This document shows positions 12,745 to 25,894 of a DNA stretch of 64,000 nucleotides, in pieces. The first letter of the stretch is position 1. Every line of letters begins with the position of its first letter. Where the stretch lies: the NCBI GenBank assembly GCA_028826165.1, contig JAPDFW010000063.1, forward strand, positions 558,001 to 622,000. Reading direction: 5' to 3'. The DNA is from Anaeramoeba ignava BMAN. Taxonomy: Eukaryota; Protista; Anaeramoebae. The position numbers and the translations under genes are program-made. The notes beneath the pieces were generated by a model that saw only the letters and a list, made by a program, of their open reading frames with translations, was not told the DNA's origin and did not search any database.

Positions 12745-13093
12745 AATTAATTAAATAAAAATAAATTCCAAAATTCAAATCAATTCCAAAATTCAAATCA
12801 ATTTCAAAATCAAAATCAATTTCAAAATTCAATTCAATTTCGAAATTCAAATCAAATTCAAAATCAAATTATCAACTCGAATTATGAATCAAAAGATTTA
12901 TATCAAGATACATCTTCAGATACATCTTCAGATACAGAATCAGTCAAAATAAATCATAAACTCATAATAACAAACATTATAACAACAAAAAAAAGTTAAA
13001 AACAGAATTAAAAGAAATTATAAGAAAAAAAAATTTTTTTACTTTTTGGAACAAATTTTTTTTGAATTTTTATTTTCTTCAATAAAAAAAAAA

Positions 13094-14615
13094 TCAGCAA
13101 CAATTATTATTATTTTTTTTGTTTTTTGATTGATTTTTCAAAACAAATCCATCTTTTGTTTTAATGTTTTCAAGTTTTGTTTCAATAATCTAAATTAAAT
13201 ATAAATTAAATTATAAAATTTTTTGATTGATTTTTTTTTCTATTTTTTTTAATAATAAAAAATATTTTTACTTTTTCAGCAAATAATTCAAACATTTCTT
13301 TAACTCCAAATTGTGTTTTTGAAGATGTTTCTGCATATAAAATATCTCTTTCTGAAGCAAAAATACTTGCTTCATTAAAAGAAACTGATCTAAATTGATC
13401 AATTTTATTTCCAACTATAATTATTGGAATTTTCTTTCCTCCATGAATCTAAATTGATTAAATAAATTTTGAATTTATAAAAGAAAATAAAATCAAATCA
13501 ATTTTTTTATTCTTTATCAAATCTTAATTTAATTTCTCCTTTTTTTACTCTAATTTCTTCTATCCAACTTGATAAATGATCAAAAGTATCTCGATTTTCA
13601 ACATTATAAACTTTATAATTAATTTTAATTTTTTAATTTTATAAAAATCAATTTATTAATATTTTAATTTAAATCATCAATACCAAGAATAATTCCATTA
13701 GCTCCTCTATAATAACTATTAGTTAAAGTTCTAAATCCTATAAAATATTATTTTGATTTTAATTTAAATTATTTAATTGATTTTAATTTTTGATTTTGAT
13801 TTTTGATTTAAATTATTTAATTAATTTTGATTTTGATTTGATTTTGATTTTTGATTTAAATTTTTTTTAATTATTTTTAATTGATTTTGATTTTGATTTT
13901 GATTTTTATTTTTTGATTTAAATTTTTTTTTGATTTTGATTTTTGATTTTGATTTTTGATTTTGATGACTTGATGATTTTGATTTTTGATTTTTGATTTT
14001 GATTTTAATTTTAAATTATTTAATTGATTTTGATTTTTATTTTTTGATTTTGATTTTTTGATTTTGATTTTTGATTTTTATTGATTTTGATTTTGATTTT
14101 TGATTTTAATTTGATTTTGAATTTGGATCATTTACTTTTCTTGACCAACTGTATCCCACTATTTTAATTAATAAATTTTTATTTTTTGGAATTAATTTTG
14201 ATGTTTTTTTTTTCTCTTGGTTAAATTTAGATTATTTACAATTGCAATTTTAACTGTTTTTCCATTTGAAAGTTTTTGAATTTTTTGAAAAAAATCAATT
14301 GCTTTTTTAATTTATTTTAATTTAAAAAAAATTTTTATAAATTTTTTCCCTAATTTTAAATCCAAATTAAAAGTAATATTAACAAACCAAGAGTTGGTGT
14401 AATATTTGAATCCCATTCTTCTCCAATAATTCTTAAAATTAAAGAAGTCTTTTTTTATTATTGAAAATTAAAGAATTTTTTATTTAAATTATTTTCAATT
14501 TTGGATTATTTTTTTTTTTGCTTTTTTTTCTTCTTTTTTTTTTATTTACTTTCCCAACTGCAGAATCTCCAACAACTAATAATTTTAATAAATAATCATA
14601 ATTTTCTGATTCCAT
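13094..14615 (-). CDS. Rab GTPase, Rab18/RabC-like, 8 exons (missed by the ORF track)
   Basis: Exons 14615-14550, 14448-14388, 14301-14240, 14158-14136, ~13737-13684, 13610-13549, 13448-13272, 13189-13094. GDSAVGKTS, WDTVGQEK, FRTLTNSYYRGANGIILVY, GNKID, ETSSK, C-terminal CC prenylation motif. The exon 4/5 junction has a 1-nt phase mismatch. Confidence 0.9.
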
Positions 14616-14748
14616 TTTTTTATATTTTATTTTATTATTTTATTTTTGATGAAGAAAAAAAAAAATGAAAAGTTTAAAAAAAACTTTTTAAAAAATATTT
14701 TTTTTCATTTTTTTTTTCATTTCCATTTTTTTTAAAATAATAATTTAA
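14616..14748. promoter_or_regulatory. Compact bidirectional promoter (Rab / cullin-4) with oppositely oriented T-rich TCA motifs
   Basis: Only 133 bp separate the divergent ATGs. AAAAATGAAAA (~14661) faces Rab; TTTTTCATTTT (~14701 and ~14713) faces the cullin. Confidence 0.6.
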
Positions 14749-17260
14749 ATGCAAAAAACTTTAAATTCTTATAAAATTAAAAGGAAAAAAACAAATCAAA
14801 ATCAAAATAAAAATCAAAATCAATTAAATAATTTAAATCAAAATCAAAATCAAAATCAAAATCAATTAAATAAAAATATTCCACTTTTTAAATCAAGACC
14901 AGAAAAAAAAAGAAAACAACTTCAAATATCTTTTAATTCAAATTCAAATTCAAATTCTAATTCTAATTCTAATTCTAATTCAAATTCAAATTCTAATTCA
15001 AATAATAAATTATCAATTCAAAATTTAAAAATTTCTAATTTAACTTCTGAAAATCAAAAAAATCTTATCCAAAAAATTAAAGAAACAATTATTGCAATTC
15101 AAAATGAAAAACCAATTAATTATAATTTAGAAGAATTATATAAAGTTAATTATATTTTTTTATATTTTTTTTTCAAAGAAAAATATTCATTTTAAAAAAT
15201 TTATTAATTAAATTTAGGCAACAGAAATATTATGTATTTATAAAAAAGCAGATTATTTATATAATCAAATTTATCAATTATGTGAAAAACAAAAGGAAAA
15301 AGATTATATTGAATTGTTTAAATTATCAATAGATAAAATTCAATTTATTCAAGTTATAAATAATAAATGGAAAAATCATTGCGTTCAAATAAAAGCAATT
15401 TCAAATATTTTATTATATTTGGATCGTGTTTATCTTTCCAAAAAAAATTCAGAAATCAAATCATTGTGGGATATGGGATTGTTTTTATTTTCTAAATTTA
15501 TAATCCAAAAACAAGATGTAAATCAAAAATTATTTCAGGTCTTTTTAATACTAATTAATAACCACAGAATTGGAGAAAATATAAATCTTGAATTAATCAA
15601 AGATACTTCGCAAATGTTGTCAATATTGGGAAAATATCATGATTATTTTGAAAAACCCTTTTTAATTCAATCACAAATTTTCTATCAAGAAGAACAAAAT
15701 CAATTATTTTCAAATTTTGAAATTTCTCATTTTCTTCATCATGTTGAAAATAGACTTCAAGAAGAAAAAAACATGGCAATCAATCAACTAAATAAATCAA
15801 CACTCCCAAGTTTGATTAAAATTGTTGAAGATTCTTTGTTGAAAAACAATTTATTAAAAATTGTAAATCTTGGGTTTAGAAATCTTTGTGAAAAAGATAA
15901 ATTTCAAGATCTTAAACTTTTATATCAACTTTTTCAAAGAGTAAACGGTGATGATTTAGTTTTGCAAAATTTTGAGAGTTTCATTACTTATAAAGGTTTA
16001 AACATTTTGAACAATCAATCAAATACTCAACAAGAAACTCAAATCATTGAAGATTTTATTCTTCTTAAAGAATATTGTGATCGATTAATTAAATTTTGCT
16101 TTTCTCAATCTCCAATTTTCAATCAATCACTTGATCATACATTTGAAATGATTCTTAAATCAGATCACAATAAAATTGCAAGATTGCTTTCCAAATTTAT
16201 CCATTTGCATTTTACTCTTAAACAAAATCAAATATCAGAAGATCAACTGGAAAAAATTCTTGATAAAACAATTTTATTTCTTAAATACATTCAATCAAAA
16301 GATATCTTTGAAGCCTTTTATAAAAATGATTTGGCAAACAGATTGTTAATGAATACAATGAATTTTGATTCTTTAGAAAAACAATTTCTTCTCAAATTAA
16401 AAATGAATTTAGGATCTTCTTTTTCAAAACAATTTGAAATCATGTTTCAAGATGTTGAACATTCAAAAGAATTGAATAACAAACTTAAAAATGAATTGAA
16501 AGAAAATCAAAAACCTAATTTTGATTTAAATGTAAAAGTTTTAACACAAGGATTTTGGCCAACTTTCCCTTCAATTAATTTAAATTTACCAAAAGAATTT
16601 ATTGAAAATCAAAAAATATTTGAAAAGTTTTATATGTCTCATCATCATGGAAGAAAATTACTTTGGCAAAACTCACTTGGAAGATGTATTATTTGTGCAA
16701 ATTTTATTCATGGAAAAAAAAATCTTGATGTTTCATTACTTCAAGCTATTGTTATTTTATGTTTCAATCAATCATCATCTTTAACATTTTTTCAAATTCA
16801 AAATTTAACTCAAATTGAAATATCAATTTTGAAAAAAATTATTGGAACTTTAATAACAAAAAAATATCCTATTCTTAAATTGAATCAAAATTCAAATTCA
16901 AATCTAAATAATAATTTTTCTGAAAATGATGTTTTTTCTTTTAATGAAAAATTTAATCATAAAAAATTTTTAATTAAAATTCCTCAAAATTTTTCAATTA
17001 AAAATGAAGAGAAAATTGAAAATGATAAGATTGAAAAAAAAGTTTGGGAAAATAGACAATATCAAATTGATTCATATATTGTTAGAATTATGAAAAGTCG
17101 CAAAACAATTAATCATAATGAATTAATAAAAGAAATTCAAGAACAAATTAAATCTCCAATAGAAATTATTGATATTAATAAAAGAATTAATAGTTTAATT
17201 GAAAGAGAATATTTAGAAAGAGATCCAAATAATAAAAATATTTACAATTATTTAGCATAA
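14749..17260 (+). CDS. CUL4: Cullin-4
   Basis: Exons 14749-15144 and 15218-17260 give YNLEELYK|ATEILC (CUL4 LEELYQAVENLC). Also LYLDRVY, SLWDMGLFLF, KDIFEAFYKNDLANRLL, GRKLLWQNSLG and the neddylation domain IVRIMKSRK...LIEREYLERD. Confidence 0.9.
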
Positions 17261-17324
17261 AAAGAAAAAAAATAAATTTTAAATTTTGAATTTTAATTAA
17301 AATTATTTTGATTTGATTTGATTT

Positions 17325-20300
17325 CTATTTTTGTGAAAGAAAATCTTCTAATTCATCTGATAAACCAAGATTAAAATTTGAAATGTTTGTAATTGGATTA
17401 TTATTTTTTGTTTTGTTTTGATTAATTTTTTTTGGTTTTTCATGATGTTGATGATGTTTATGATGTTTCTTTTTATGAATTTGTTTTTGAATTGGTTTTG
17501 ATTCAATTTGATTTTGATTTTGATTTTGATTTTTATTTGATTTAAAAAAATCAAACATACTATCTAAATTATCTTTTTCATTTGATACTTGATTTACTTT
17601 TGATTCAGCAGTAGAAATTAATTGATAATTTGAATTATCTTCTTCTTTTTTTTGATTTTCTTTAAAACTTTCATTTAATAAAAATTCAAAATCGAATGGA
17701 TCTTTTAAATTTTGATTTTTTGAAACATTTTTTGAAACATTTTTTGAAACATTTTTTGAAACATTTTTTGAAGGGAAAATATCAATAGTATCAAAATTAA
17801 GAAGATTATCTGAAGGATTTATTTTTTTATGATGTTTTTTATGATGTTTTTTTGGAATTTTTTGAATTGGATTTTGATTTTGATTTTGAATTGGATTTTG
17901 ATTTTGATTTTGAATTGGATTTTGAATTGGATTTTGAATTGGATTTTGAATTGGATTTTGAATTGGATTTTGAATTTGATTTTGATTTGGATTTTGATTT
18001 TGATTTTGAATTGGATTTTGAATTGGATTTTGAATTGGATTTTGAATTGGATTTTGAATTGGATTTTGAATTGGATTTTGAATTGTGTTTTCTTCTAAAT
18101 TTGTTGTTTGATCCGAATTAGAAAAATCTTTAATCCTATTTTCTTCAACAATTTTTAACATTTTCTTTAATATTTTCATTATTGTATTATATTGTTGATA
18201 ATTAATGCTTAATTCAACTGTTAAAGGAGAAATTAAAGGAATCAATTTTTTTGCAATTATTGAATGAGGAATATTTTTATGAGATGAAATACAATCACAA
18301 AGACCAGCAATACTTAGAATAATTGCTGGAGTTTGTTCATGAGATAATTTTTTTAAAGAAGGAATTAATGTTTTTGTTATCATATCTTTATCAAATAATT
18401 TAAGTGTTTCTTTGATACAAATTAATGATTGAACTTTAACTGAAACTTCTGAATTTTTTGTTGCAATTTCACAAATTTTGGGAATTATTTTTTCTTTAAA
18501 AACTAAAAATTCAATTTTATCAGCAAAAAGTGGTGTTTTTTTAAGTAAAAGTCCTTGTAATTGAAAATTTGTTGAATTGATTATTCTGTATATAAAAGGC
18601 ATAATAACTAATTTAATATCGAAATTTTAATTTTAATTTTAATTTTAAAATGAATTTAAATTTAAATTTAAATAAATTTTAATTTTAAAATTTTAATTTT
18701 AATTGATTTACAATCTTTTTGTGAATTTGGATGAGTATGTGTTAATAATACTGAAATATTTTCAATCAAAATCATTGGAATTTGTTTTGGATTATCAACT
18801 GAAAATAAAGGAATAATTGAAGGAAAAACACTTTTCATAAATTCTCTAATTTCAAGAACAGTTTCTGTAATTTTAAATAATATTGTCAATATAAATGGAG
18901 CAAGTTTTATATCCATAATTTCTTTACAAAGAATTGGTAAACACTTTGTTTTGATTGTATTTTTTGGGATTTTTTCAAGTAAAAACATAAAACGCTTTAA
19001 AAAATTAACTTTTTCTGAAAGTGTTTTTTCAACAAAAGATTCTAAATCAATAATAACTTGAAGTAATTCATCATTGAAATAACTACTTTGAGTAAAATCT
19101 TTTGGTTGGATTCTTAATTCTGGATTTGATTTCATCATTGATTTTAAATTATCCCATAATTTTTCTGGAATTTTATGATTTTTAAACATTTCATTATAAG
19201 GTATTTGTTTTTCAATTGTTTTTATTCTTGATTTATAATCTTCAATATTTCCTTTTGAATTTATAAATGTTTTTCCATTTTCAAAATTTGAAAATAATTC
19301 AAAGATTAAACATCCAAGCATAAACATATCAGAATTAAAACTAATATTTCTATCAAAAATGATTTCTGGTGCAAGATAGTCTAAATGAGGTTGTAATTGA
19401 ATTGGATTTTTTGACTAATTTTAATTTTAATTTTAATTTTAATTTTAATTTTAAATTTTAATTTTAATTTTAATTTTAATTTTAATTTTAATTTTAATTT
19501 TAATTTTAATTTTAATTTTAAATTTTAATTTTAATTTTAATTTTAATTTTAATTTTAATTTTAATTTTAAATTTTAATTTTAATTTTAATTTTAATTTTA
19601 ATTTTAATTTTAATTTTAATTTTAATTTTAATTTTATAAATTAATTTAAATTTAAAACTTACATTTGGCCAAATATTATTCAAATTATAAGTATAAGGAA
19701 GATTTGATTGCTTAAATTGATTATTAATTGAATACATAAAACCAGCAACTTTCCAATGATGTGATGGAGTAATAAATATACATTCAGGTAATAAATTTAA
19801 ATGAATTAATGTTGGAACACTATGAATAAAAGTTAAAGCTTCTCCAATTTCTTTTAAACCATATTGAATCTTAATTAAAATTTATAAATTAATTTTAATT
19901 TTAATTTTTAATTTTAATTTTAATTTTAATTTTAATTTTAATTTTAATTTTAATTATAATTTTAATTTTAATTTTAATTTTAATTTTAATTTTAATTTTA
20001 ATTTTAATTTTAATTTTAATTTTAATTTTATAAATTTTATAGAATTTTAATTTTAATTTTAATTTTATAAATGAATTTTAATTAATTATAATTTTAATTT
20101 TAATTTTTAATTTTAATTTTAATTTTAATTTTAATTTTAATTTCAAATTTAATTTTAATTTTTAATTTGAATTTAATTTTAATTTTAATTTAATTTTTAA
20201 TTTTAATTTTAATTTTAATTTTAATTTTAATTTTAATTTTAAATTTTAATTTTAATTTTAATTTTAATTTTAATTTTAATTTTTAATTTTAATTTTAATT

Positions 20301-20913
20301 TTAATTTTTTTAATTTAATTTTTAATTTTAATTTTTAATTTTAATTTTAATTTTAAATTTTAATTTTAATTTTTATAAATTAATTTGAATTTGAATTTGA
20401 ATTTGAATTTTAATTTTAATTTTAATTTAATTTTAAATTTAATTAATTTTAATTTTAATTTTAATTTGAATTTTGAATAAATTTTTTAATTTTAAATTTA
20501 AAAATTTTAAATTTAAAAAAGTAAAATACTTCAAGAGAATCAATTTGATATTCTTTTAAATCAGTAGGAACATTATCTAAATTGGAATAATTTCCTCTCA
20601 AATTAGCTAAAGAAGCATAAACAGGTTCAGTTATAAAAGCGAATTCATTTTTACTTTCAATAGGTTGAGATTGAACTTGTAAAATTTGAGGATGTCTTAA
20701 TTTTAATAAGTTTTTCACTTCATTTCTTAAATTTTCTATAAATTGTTGTTTATTTTGTTTTGTTGTTTGAATTGAATTTTTTTCAAAAAGAAAAACTGAA
20801 ACTTTTTCTAATGTTGCTTTTTTTATTGCTGGATATATTTTCCAACAAAATGATGGTCCTCCACTTGCTATTTGATTTTCTACATCATATTCTTTATTAA
20901 TTTGATTTCCCAT
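17325..20913 (-). CDS. SCYL2: SCY1-family pseudokinase (SCYL2-like) with HEAT region and low-complexity tail
   Basis: Exons 20913-20530, 19869-19663, 19414-18712, 18607-17325. ASGGP..WKIY, VSVFLFEK, KLRHPQIL, TEPVYASL, IHLNLLPE (no HRD), WKVAGF (no DFG), PHLDYLAPE, SDMFMLG. Confidence 0.85.
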
Positions 20914-20969
20914 TTATTTATTTTTTGAAAAGAAAAAAAATGAAAAAAAAATGAAAAATTTTTAAAAAA

Positions 20970-21180
20970 AATTAAAATTAAAATTTAAAATTAAAATTAA
21001 AATTAAAATTAAAATTTAAAATTAAAATTAAAATTAAAATTCAAATTAAAATTTAAAATTAAAATTAAAATTAAAATTAAAATTAAAATTAAAATTAAAA
21101 TTAAAATTAAAATTAAAATCAAAATTAAAATTAAAATTAATTTATAAAATTAAAATTAAAATTAAAATTAAAATTAAAAA
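20970..21180. repeat. (AAAATT)n microsatellite between the divergent SCYL2 and Ku70 starts
   Basis: Directly visible; flanked on each side by TCA-type motifs. Confidence 0.9.
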
Positions 21181-21231
21181 TTTCATTTTTTTCTTTTCCA
21201 ATTTTTTATTTAAATTTAAAATAATAAAAAA

Positions 21232-23395
21232 ATGTCTTTTTTTGAAGGATTTCAATTTGAAAATGAAAATGAAAATGAAAATGAAAATGAATTTTCTTTA
21301 TTTAGAGATTGTATTCTATTTTTAATTGATGGAAGTTTTCAAATGTTAAATTCTTCAACTTCAAATATTGAAATTGCATTGAAATGTTTTCTTTTTACTT
21401 TAACAGATAAAATTGCAACAAATCCATCTGATATGACTGCTTTATGTTTTTTTAATTCTAAAAATGAAAAAAATTTAAATGGTTTTTCTAATATTTATGT
21501 TCTTTATGATTTTCAAAAACCTTCAATTAAACGAATAAAAGTAAAAATTATTATTAAAATTCATTTATAAAATTGAAATAATAATTAAATTTAAAATTAA
21601 AATTAAAATTAAAATTAAAATTAAAATTAAATTAAAATTCATTTTGAAATTAAAATTAAAATTAAATTTAAAATTAAAATTAAAATTAAAATTAAAATTA
21701 AAATTAAAATTAAAATTAAAATTAAAATTAAAATTAAAATTAAAATTAAAATTAAAATTAAAATTAAAATTCATTTATAAAAATTAAATTAAAATTAAAA
21801 TTAAAATTAAAATTAAAATTAAAATTAAAATTAAAATTAAAATCAAAATTAAATTTAAAACTAAAATTAAAATTAAAATTAAATTTAAAACTAAAATTAA
21901 AATTGAAATTAAAATTAAAATTCATTTATAAAATTTATATTAAAATTTAGGAAGTAATCAATTTTACATCAAAAAATACAAATGAACAATACTCTCTTCA
22001 AATTGGTTCATCAGATGATAATTCTAAAACAACATTTGAACAAGTTCTTATTGCTTGTTCAACTTTATTTTCAAGTAATCAAGATGCAAACAAAGCAGAT
22101 TATAAAAGAATATTTATTTTTACAAACAATGATTCTCCAAATAATTTTGATAATCAACTTAATGAGAAAAGTTATGAAATTGGAACAAAATTAATGAATT
22201 CAGGAATTGTTTTTGAATTATTTGCTTTGGATCAAAATTTCCAACTTGAAAATTTTTATGAAAACTTTTTGTTTCCAAAAAATGATTTAAATTTACAAAC
22301 AAGAAATGCATTTGTAAAATTAAATGAAAATTATGTTGAGGATTTATATGCACAAGTTAGAAGAAAAGAACATCAAATTAAATCAATTGCAAATATCCCA
22401 ATGAAACTTCCTGGAAATCTTGAAATTAGTATTAAAGTTTATCCAGTTATCAAAAAGAATCCAAAAAAAAACCTTGTTTGGTTAAATCCAAATAATTTAA
22501 ATCAACAACTTGAAAAAAGAACAGTTTGGGTTTCTAAAACAACAGACCAAATCCATCGTCAATCCCAAATTGGCCAATATTGTGAATATGATGGAACACA
22601 AATACCACTTACTAATGATGAATTATCTCTATTGAAATATTATTCACAACCTTGTCTTGATATTTTTGGATTCAAATCAAAAAATTACTTGAAATTTCTT
22701 TATAACATTTCAACCTCCTTCTTGGTTTATCCAAATGAATACCTTCAAGAAGGAAGCTCTACTTTGTTATCAACTTTATATCAAAAAATGATTGAGAAAA
22801 ATGTTATTGCAATTGGTTTTTATCTTCCAAAAGAAGGATTTGAAAAATTTTAATTGCTTTGGTTCCTTTACAAGAAAAAAAAGATCAAAATGATGATCTA
22901 ATTTTACAAAAAGGTTTCGGATTAATTCCTTTACCTTATTCTGATGATATTAGAAAAATACCTTTAAAACCTCTTAATTATCCAAATCAAATCCAAAATT
23001 CTATTCAAAATTCAATTGATTTTATTCAAAAATTTCAAATTAATTTTGATTCTTGGGATTTTGAAGATCCTGCTTTGCAACAATTTTATTTAAAACTTCA
23101 TCAATTAGCTCTTTCTAATCATTTCTCAATTTTAAATTCAAATTCAAATTCAAATTCAAATTCAAATTCAAATGAAATTATTGATAGAATTAAACCTGAT
23201 TCAGAAAGAATTGGAAAATATTCAAAATTATTTTCTAATTTTGATCAATCAATAAATGAATGTGTTAATAAAGATAATAAAGAAGAAAAAGAAAAGAAAA
23301 AGAAAAAAAGAAAAGAAAAAGAAAAAGAAAAAGACAAAAAGAAAGGAAAAGAAAAGAAAAAGAAATCAAAAAAAAATAAAAGAAAAGAAGATTAA
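21232..23395 (+). CDS. XRCC6: Ku70 (one intron; one apparent 1-nt frame break at ~22850)
   Basis: Exons 21232-21540 and 21951-23395. vWA RDCILFLIDGS, KRIFIFTNNDSP; core FGFKS, YPNE..QEGSSTL, GFGLIPLPYSDDIRK, FEDPALQQFYLKLHQLAL. Ends in a Lys-rich tail with no SAP domain. Confidence 0.88.
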
Positions 23396-23810
23396 AAAAG
23401 AAAGAAAAAGAATTTATTATTTAAAAGACATTTTACCCATTTTTTTTATTTTGCTATATTAAAAAAATTAAAAAATAATTTAATAAAAAAATAATATAGC
23501 AAAATAATTGAGATCAAGAAAAATAAAAAGAAAAAAAAAATTTATTTTTTATTATTTGCTATTTTTTTAATAATAATAAAAATAATTAAATTTATTTGCC
23601 ATTTTGGTTTTTAAGTTTTTTAAAAGAAATTTTTTTATTTAATTAAAATTCACTTTTTATTTTTACTTTTTTATATTTTTTTTTATAATTCCACAAAAAA
23701 AAAAAAAAGTAATCAAAAAAAATTAAATTAAATTAAATTCTTAAATTAAATTAAATTAAATTAAATTAAAATTAAATTTAAATTTTTGTTTTTAAATTTT
23801 TAAATAGAAA

Positions 23811-25889
23811 ATGAAAATTACCTTAATAATTCTTCTTGTTTTCTGCTTTGTTCTTGTTCAAAATGAAATTACTGAACTTGGTACTTATGAATTCCCTCCA
23901 ACATTAATGGATCCAAGTTGTTCTTTCATTGATGAAAATGAATTTCTTTATTTCGCAACTTACTCAGAACCATCAATTCTTTTCAAATATCAAATTGATC
24001 CATTTGAAATAGAAGATTATGTTGAATTAGAAATTAACAATATTTCAAGTTATGTTGTTGATCCAATAAGAAAAGTTGCTTATTTTGGATCTGATACTGA
24101 AATTGGAGAGATTTTACAATTCAATTTGACAAATTTTACTACAATTAGTAAAATCAACACTTCTTCAAATGGACATTTACTTGCAGCTACTGTTGATTCT
24201 TTATATGAATATGCTTATTTCATTTCTAGTAATTCATCTTCACTCATTGTTCTCAAACTCAATCTTTCCACTTTCGAAATTGATGATTCTTTGGAACTTC
24301 CAAGTTATACAGATGATTGCTATTTTGCTATTGCTGATAATGTTACTGAATCACTTTATTTGGGTTTGTATTCGTCACCTGGAAAAATAATCAAGATTTC
24401 TTTGCAAGATTTCACCTTTACTGATGATTTGGAATTGAATACTGATGAGGATTACATAAATGTTGGCATTCTTGAACCTTCATATAAAATTCTTTATGTG
24501 GCAACTTATACTTCACCTTCTTTAGTTGTTAAAATCAATTTAACAAATTTCCAAGAAGTTGATTTCTTATCTTTAGCTTCAGTGAATCTTGGTAAAACTG
24601 CTTCTATTGATCCTGTTAATAGAATTGGGTATTTCACTGGAGATGTTAATTCAGGTCCTCTTGCAAAAGTTAATTTAACAAGTTTTTCAATATCTAAAAC
24701 AACATCAATTTCAGGATATCCAAAAACTGCAGCTGTTGATCTTTCTAATAATTCAGGATATTTTGGTTTTGATGCAAAAATCGTTAAAATCGGATTAGCA
24801 AACTTAACAAAAGATGCAACTTATCTCACTCCACAATTCAAGAAACCATCAGTTATTCTAATTGATGAACAAGATGATATTGCTTATATTGGATTCTCCA
24901 CTGAAGGAAACATTGTGATTTCAAGGTTTGATCTTCTCGAATTCAAAGTGAGCGATTCAATCTATGCATCAACAATCAATGCTGCTATTATTTCAGGCCA
25001 TTTGGATAAGGAAAATGGATTTCTTTATTTTGGAACAGATTCAGAAACTCTTACAGTGATTAAAGTTGATTTTGTTAATTTTGAAATTGTGGAAGAAAAA
25101 TCCTTGATCACTCTTCCAAACAGCCATCTAGCAACATCTGTATTCGATGTGGCTAACGACATGATCTATTTTGGAGTAAATGATGATAATGATACTTATG
25201 TGATTAAAGTGAGTTCTCCAGATTTAAGTGTTCAATCAAACATTTCTTACAATGACTCCCAGATTTCACAAGGAGCTATTGATGTTTCACATGGATTCAT
25301 GTATTTCCTTCTTAGTGATTCTGTTGGAGGTTCTTCATTTGCCAAAATCCAAATTTCCAATTTTGCACCAATTTCAAATGTCTCCATTACCCAAACTTCA
25401 ATTAAATCACTTGTTCTCGATTCTCAACATGAAGTTCTTTTTTGTGGGACTTATTCTATTGTTGAAGGTTATGGTGTTTCTGATTCAGCAGTTTGTCAAG
25501 TTGATTTGTCTGATTTCTCCTTTAGAACTTGTATTGGAATCAACGATACTAATGGATTTCCAACAGGATTTCTTGAACCTTCAGGAAGTTTTGTTTATTT
25601 TGCATCTGATGATTCTCCAATTCAAATTTTCAAGTTTTCTTCTAGTTCTTTAGAAGTAATTGAAAACATAACACTTACTTCAGGAAATGATTTTGCTTGG
25701 TCTTCTGCTGCTGATACTTCAACTGGATTTGTTTATATTGGAACTGATCAAGAACCAACTCGTCTTGTTAAAATTCAAGCTTTTACTCCTCCTGATCCAA
25801 CTCCTTCTCCTCCTCCAAGTTCAAGTAATCAAATCGTTTTTTCAATTTTGTTTTTTGGATTTTTGGTTCTTTTGAATTTCTATGATTAA
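23811..25889 (+). CDS. Secreted, probably GPI-anchored beta-propeller-repeat surface protein; intronless
   Basis: N-terminal signal peptide, ~44-aa repeats of type D..YxYFGT..P..IVK(I/V)xL..F, many NxS/T sites, Pro-rich linker, then SSS followed by a terminal hydrophobic stretch with no cytosolic tail. Confidence 0.75.
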   Translation: MKITLIILLVFCFVLVQNEITELGTYEFPPTLMDPSCSFIDENEFLYFATYSEPSILFKYQIDPFEIEDYVELEINNISSYVVDPIRKVAYFGSDTEIGEILQFNLTNFTTISKINTSSNGHLLAATVDSLYEYAYFISSNSSSLIVLKLNLSTFEIDDSLELPSYTDDCYFAIADNVTESLYLGLYSSPGKIIKISLQDFTFTDDLELNTDEDYINVGILEPSYKILYVATYTSPSLVVKINLTNFQEVDFLSLASVNLGKTASIDPVNRIGYFTGDVNSGPLAKVNLTSFSISKTTSISGYPKTAAVDLSNNSGYFGFDAKIVKIGLANLTKDATYLTPQFKKPSVILIDEQDDIAYIGFSTEGNIVISRFDLLEFKVSDSIYASTINAAIISGHLDKENGFLYFGTDSETLTVIKVDFVNFEIVEEKSLITLPNSHLATSVFDVANDMIYFGVNDDNDTYVIKVSSPDLSVQSNISYNDSQISQGAIDVSHGFMYFLLSDSVGGSSFAKIQISNFAPISNVSITQTSIKSLVLDSQHEVLFCGTYSIVEGYGVSDSAVCQVDLSDFSFRTCIGINDTNGFPTGFLEPSGSFVYFASDDSPIQIFKFSSSSLEVIENITLTSGNDFAWSSAADTSTGFVYIGTDQEPTRLVKIQAFTPPDPTPSPPPSSSNQIVFSILFFGFLVLLNFYD

Positions 25890-25894
25890 TTTTC

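Noticed and set aside
20970-21180. (AAAATT)n or (AAAATC)n as interstitial telomeric repeats
   Set aside because: No G-rich strand typical of telomeres, and the arrays are widespread in introns.
22840-22860. Programmed ribosomal frameshift in Ku70
   Set aside because: No proper X XXY YYZ heptamer or evident downstream structure; a missing base in a homopolymer is simpler.
5918-23395. Functional clustering of telomere genes (TPP1-like with Ku70) or of dynein-related genes (LIS1, Arp11)
   Set aside because: Separated by unrelated genes; the sequence alone gives no evidence beyond chance.
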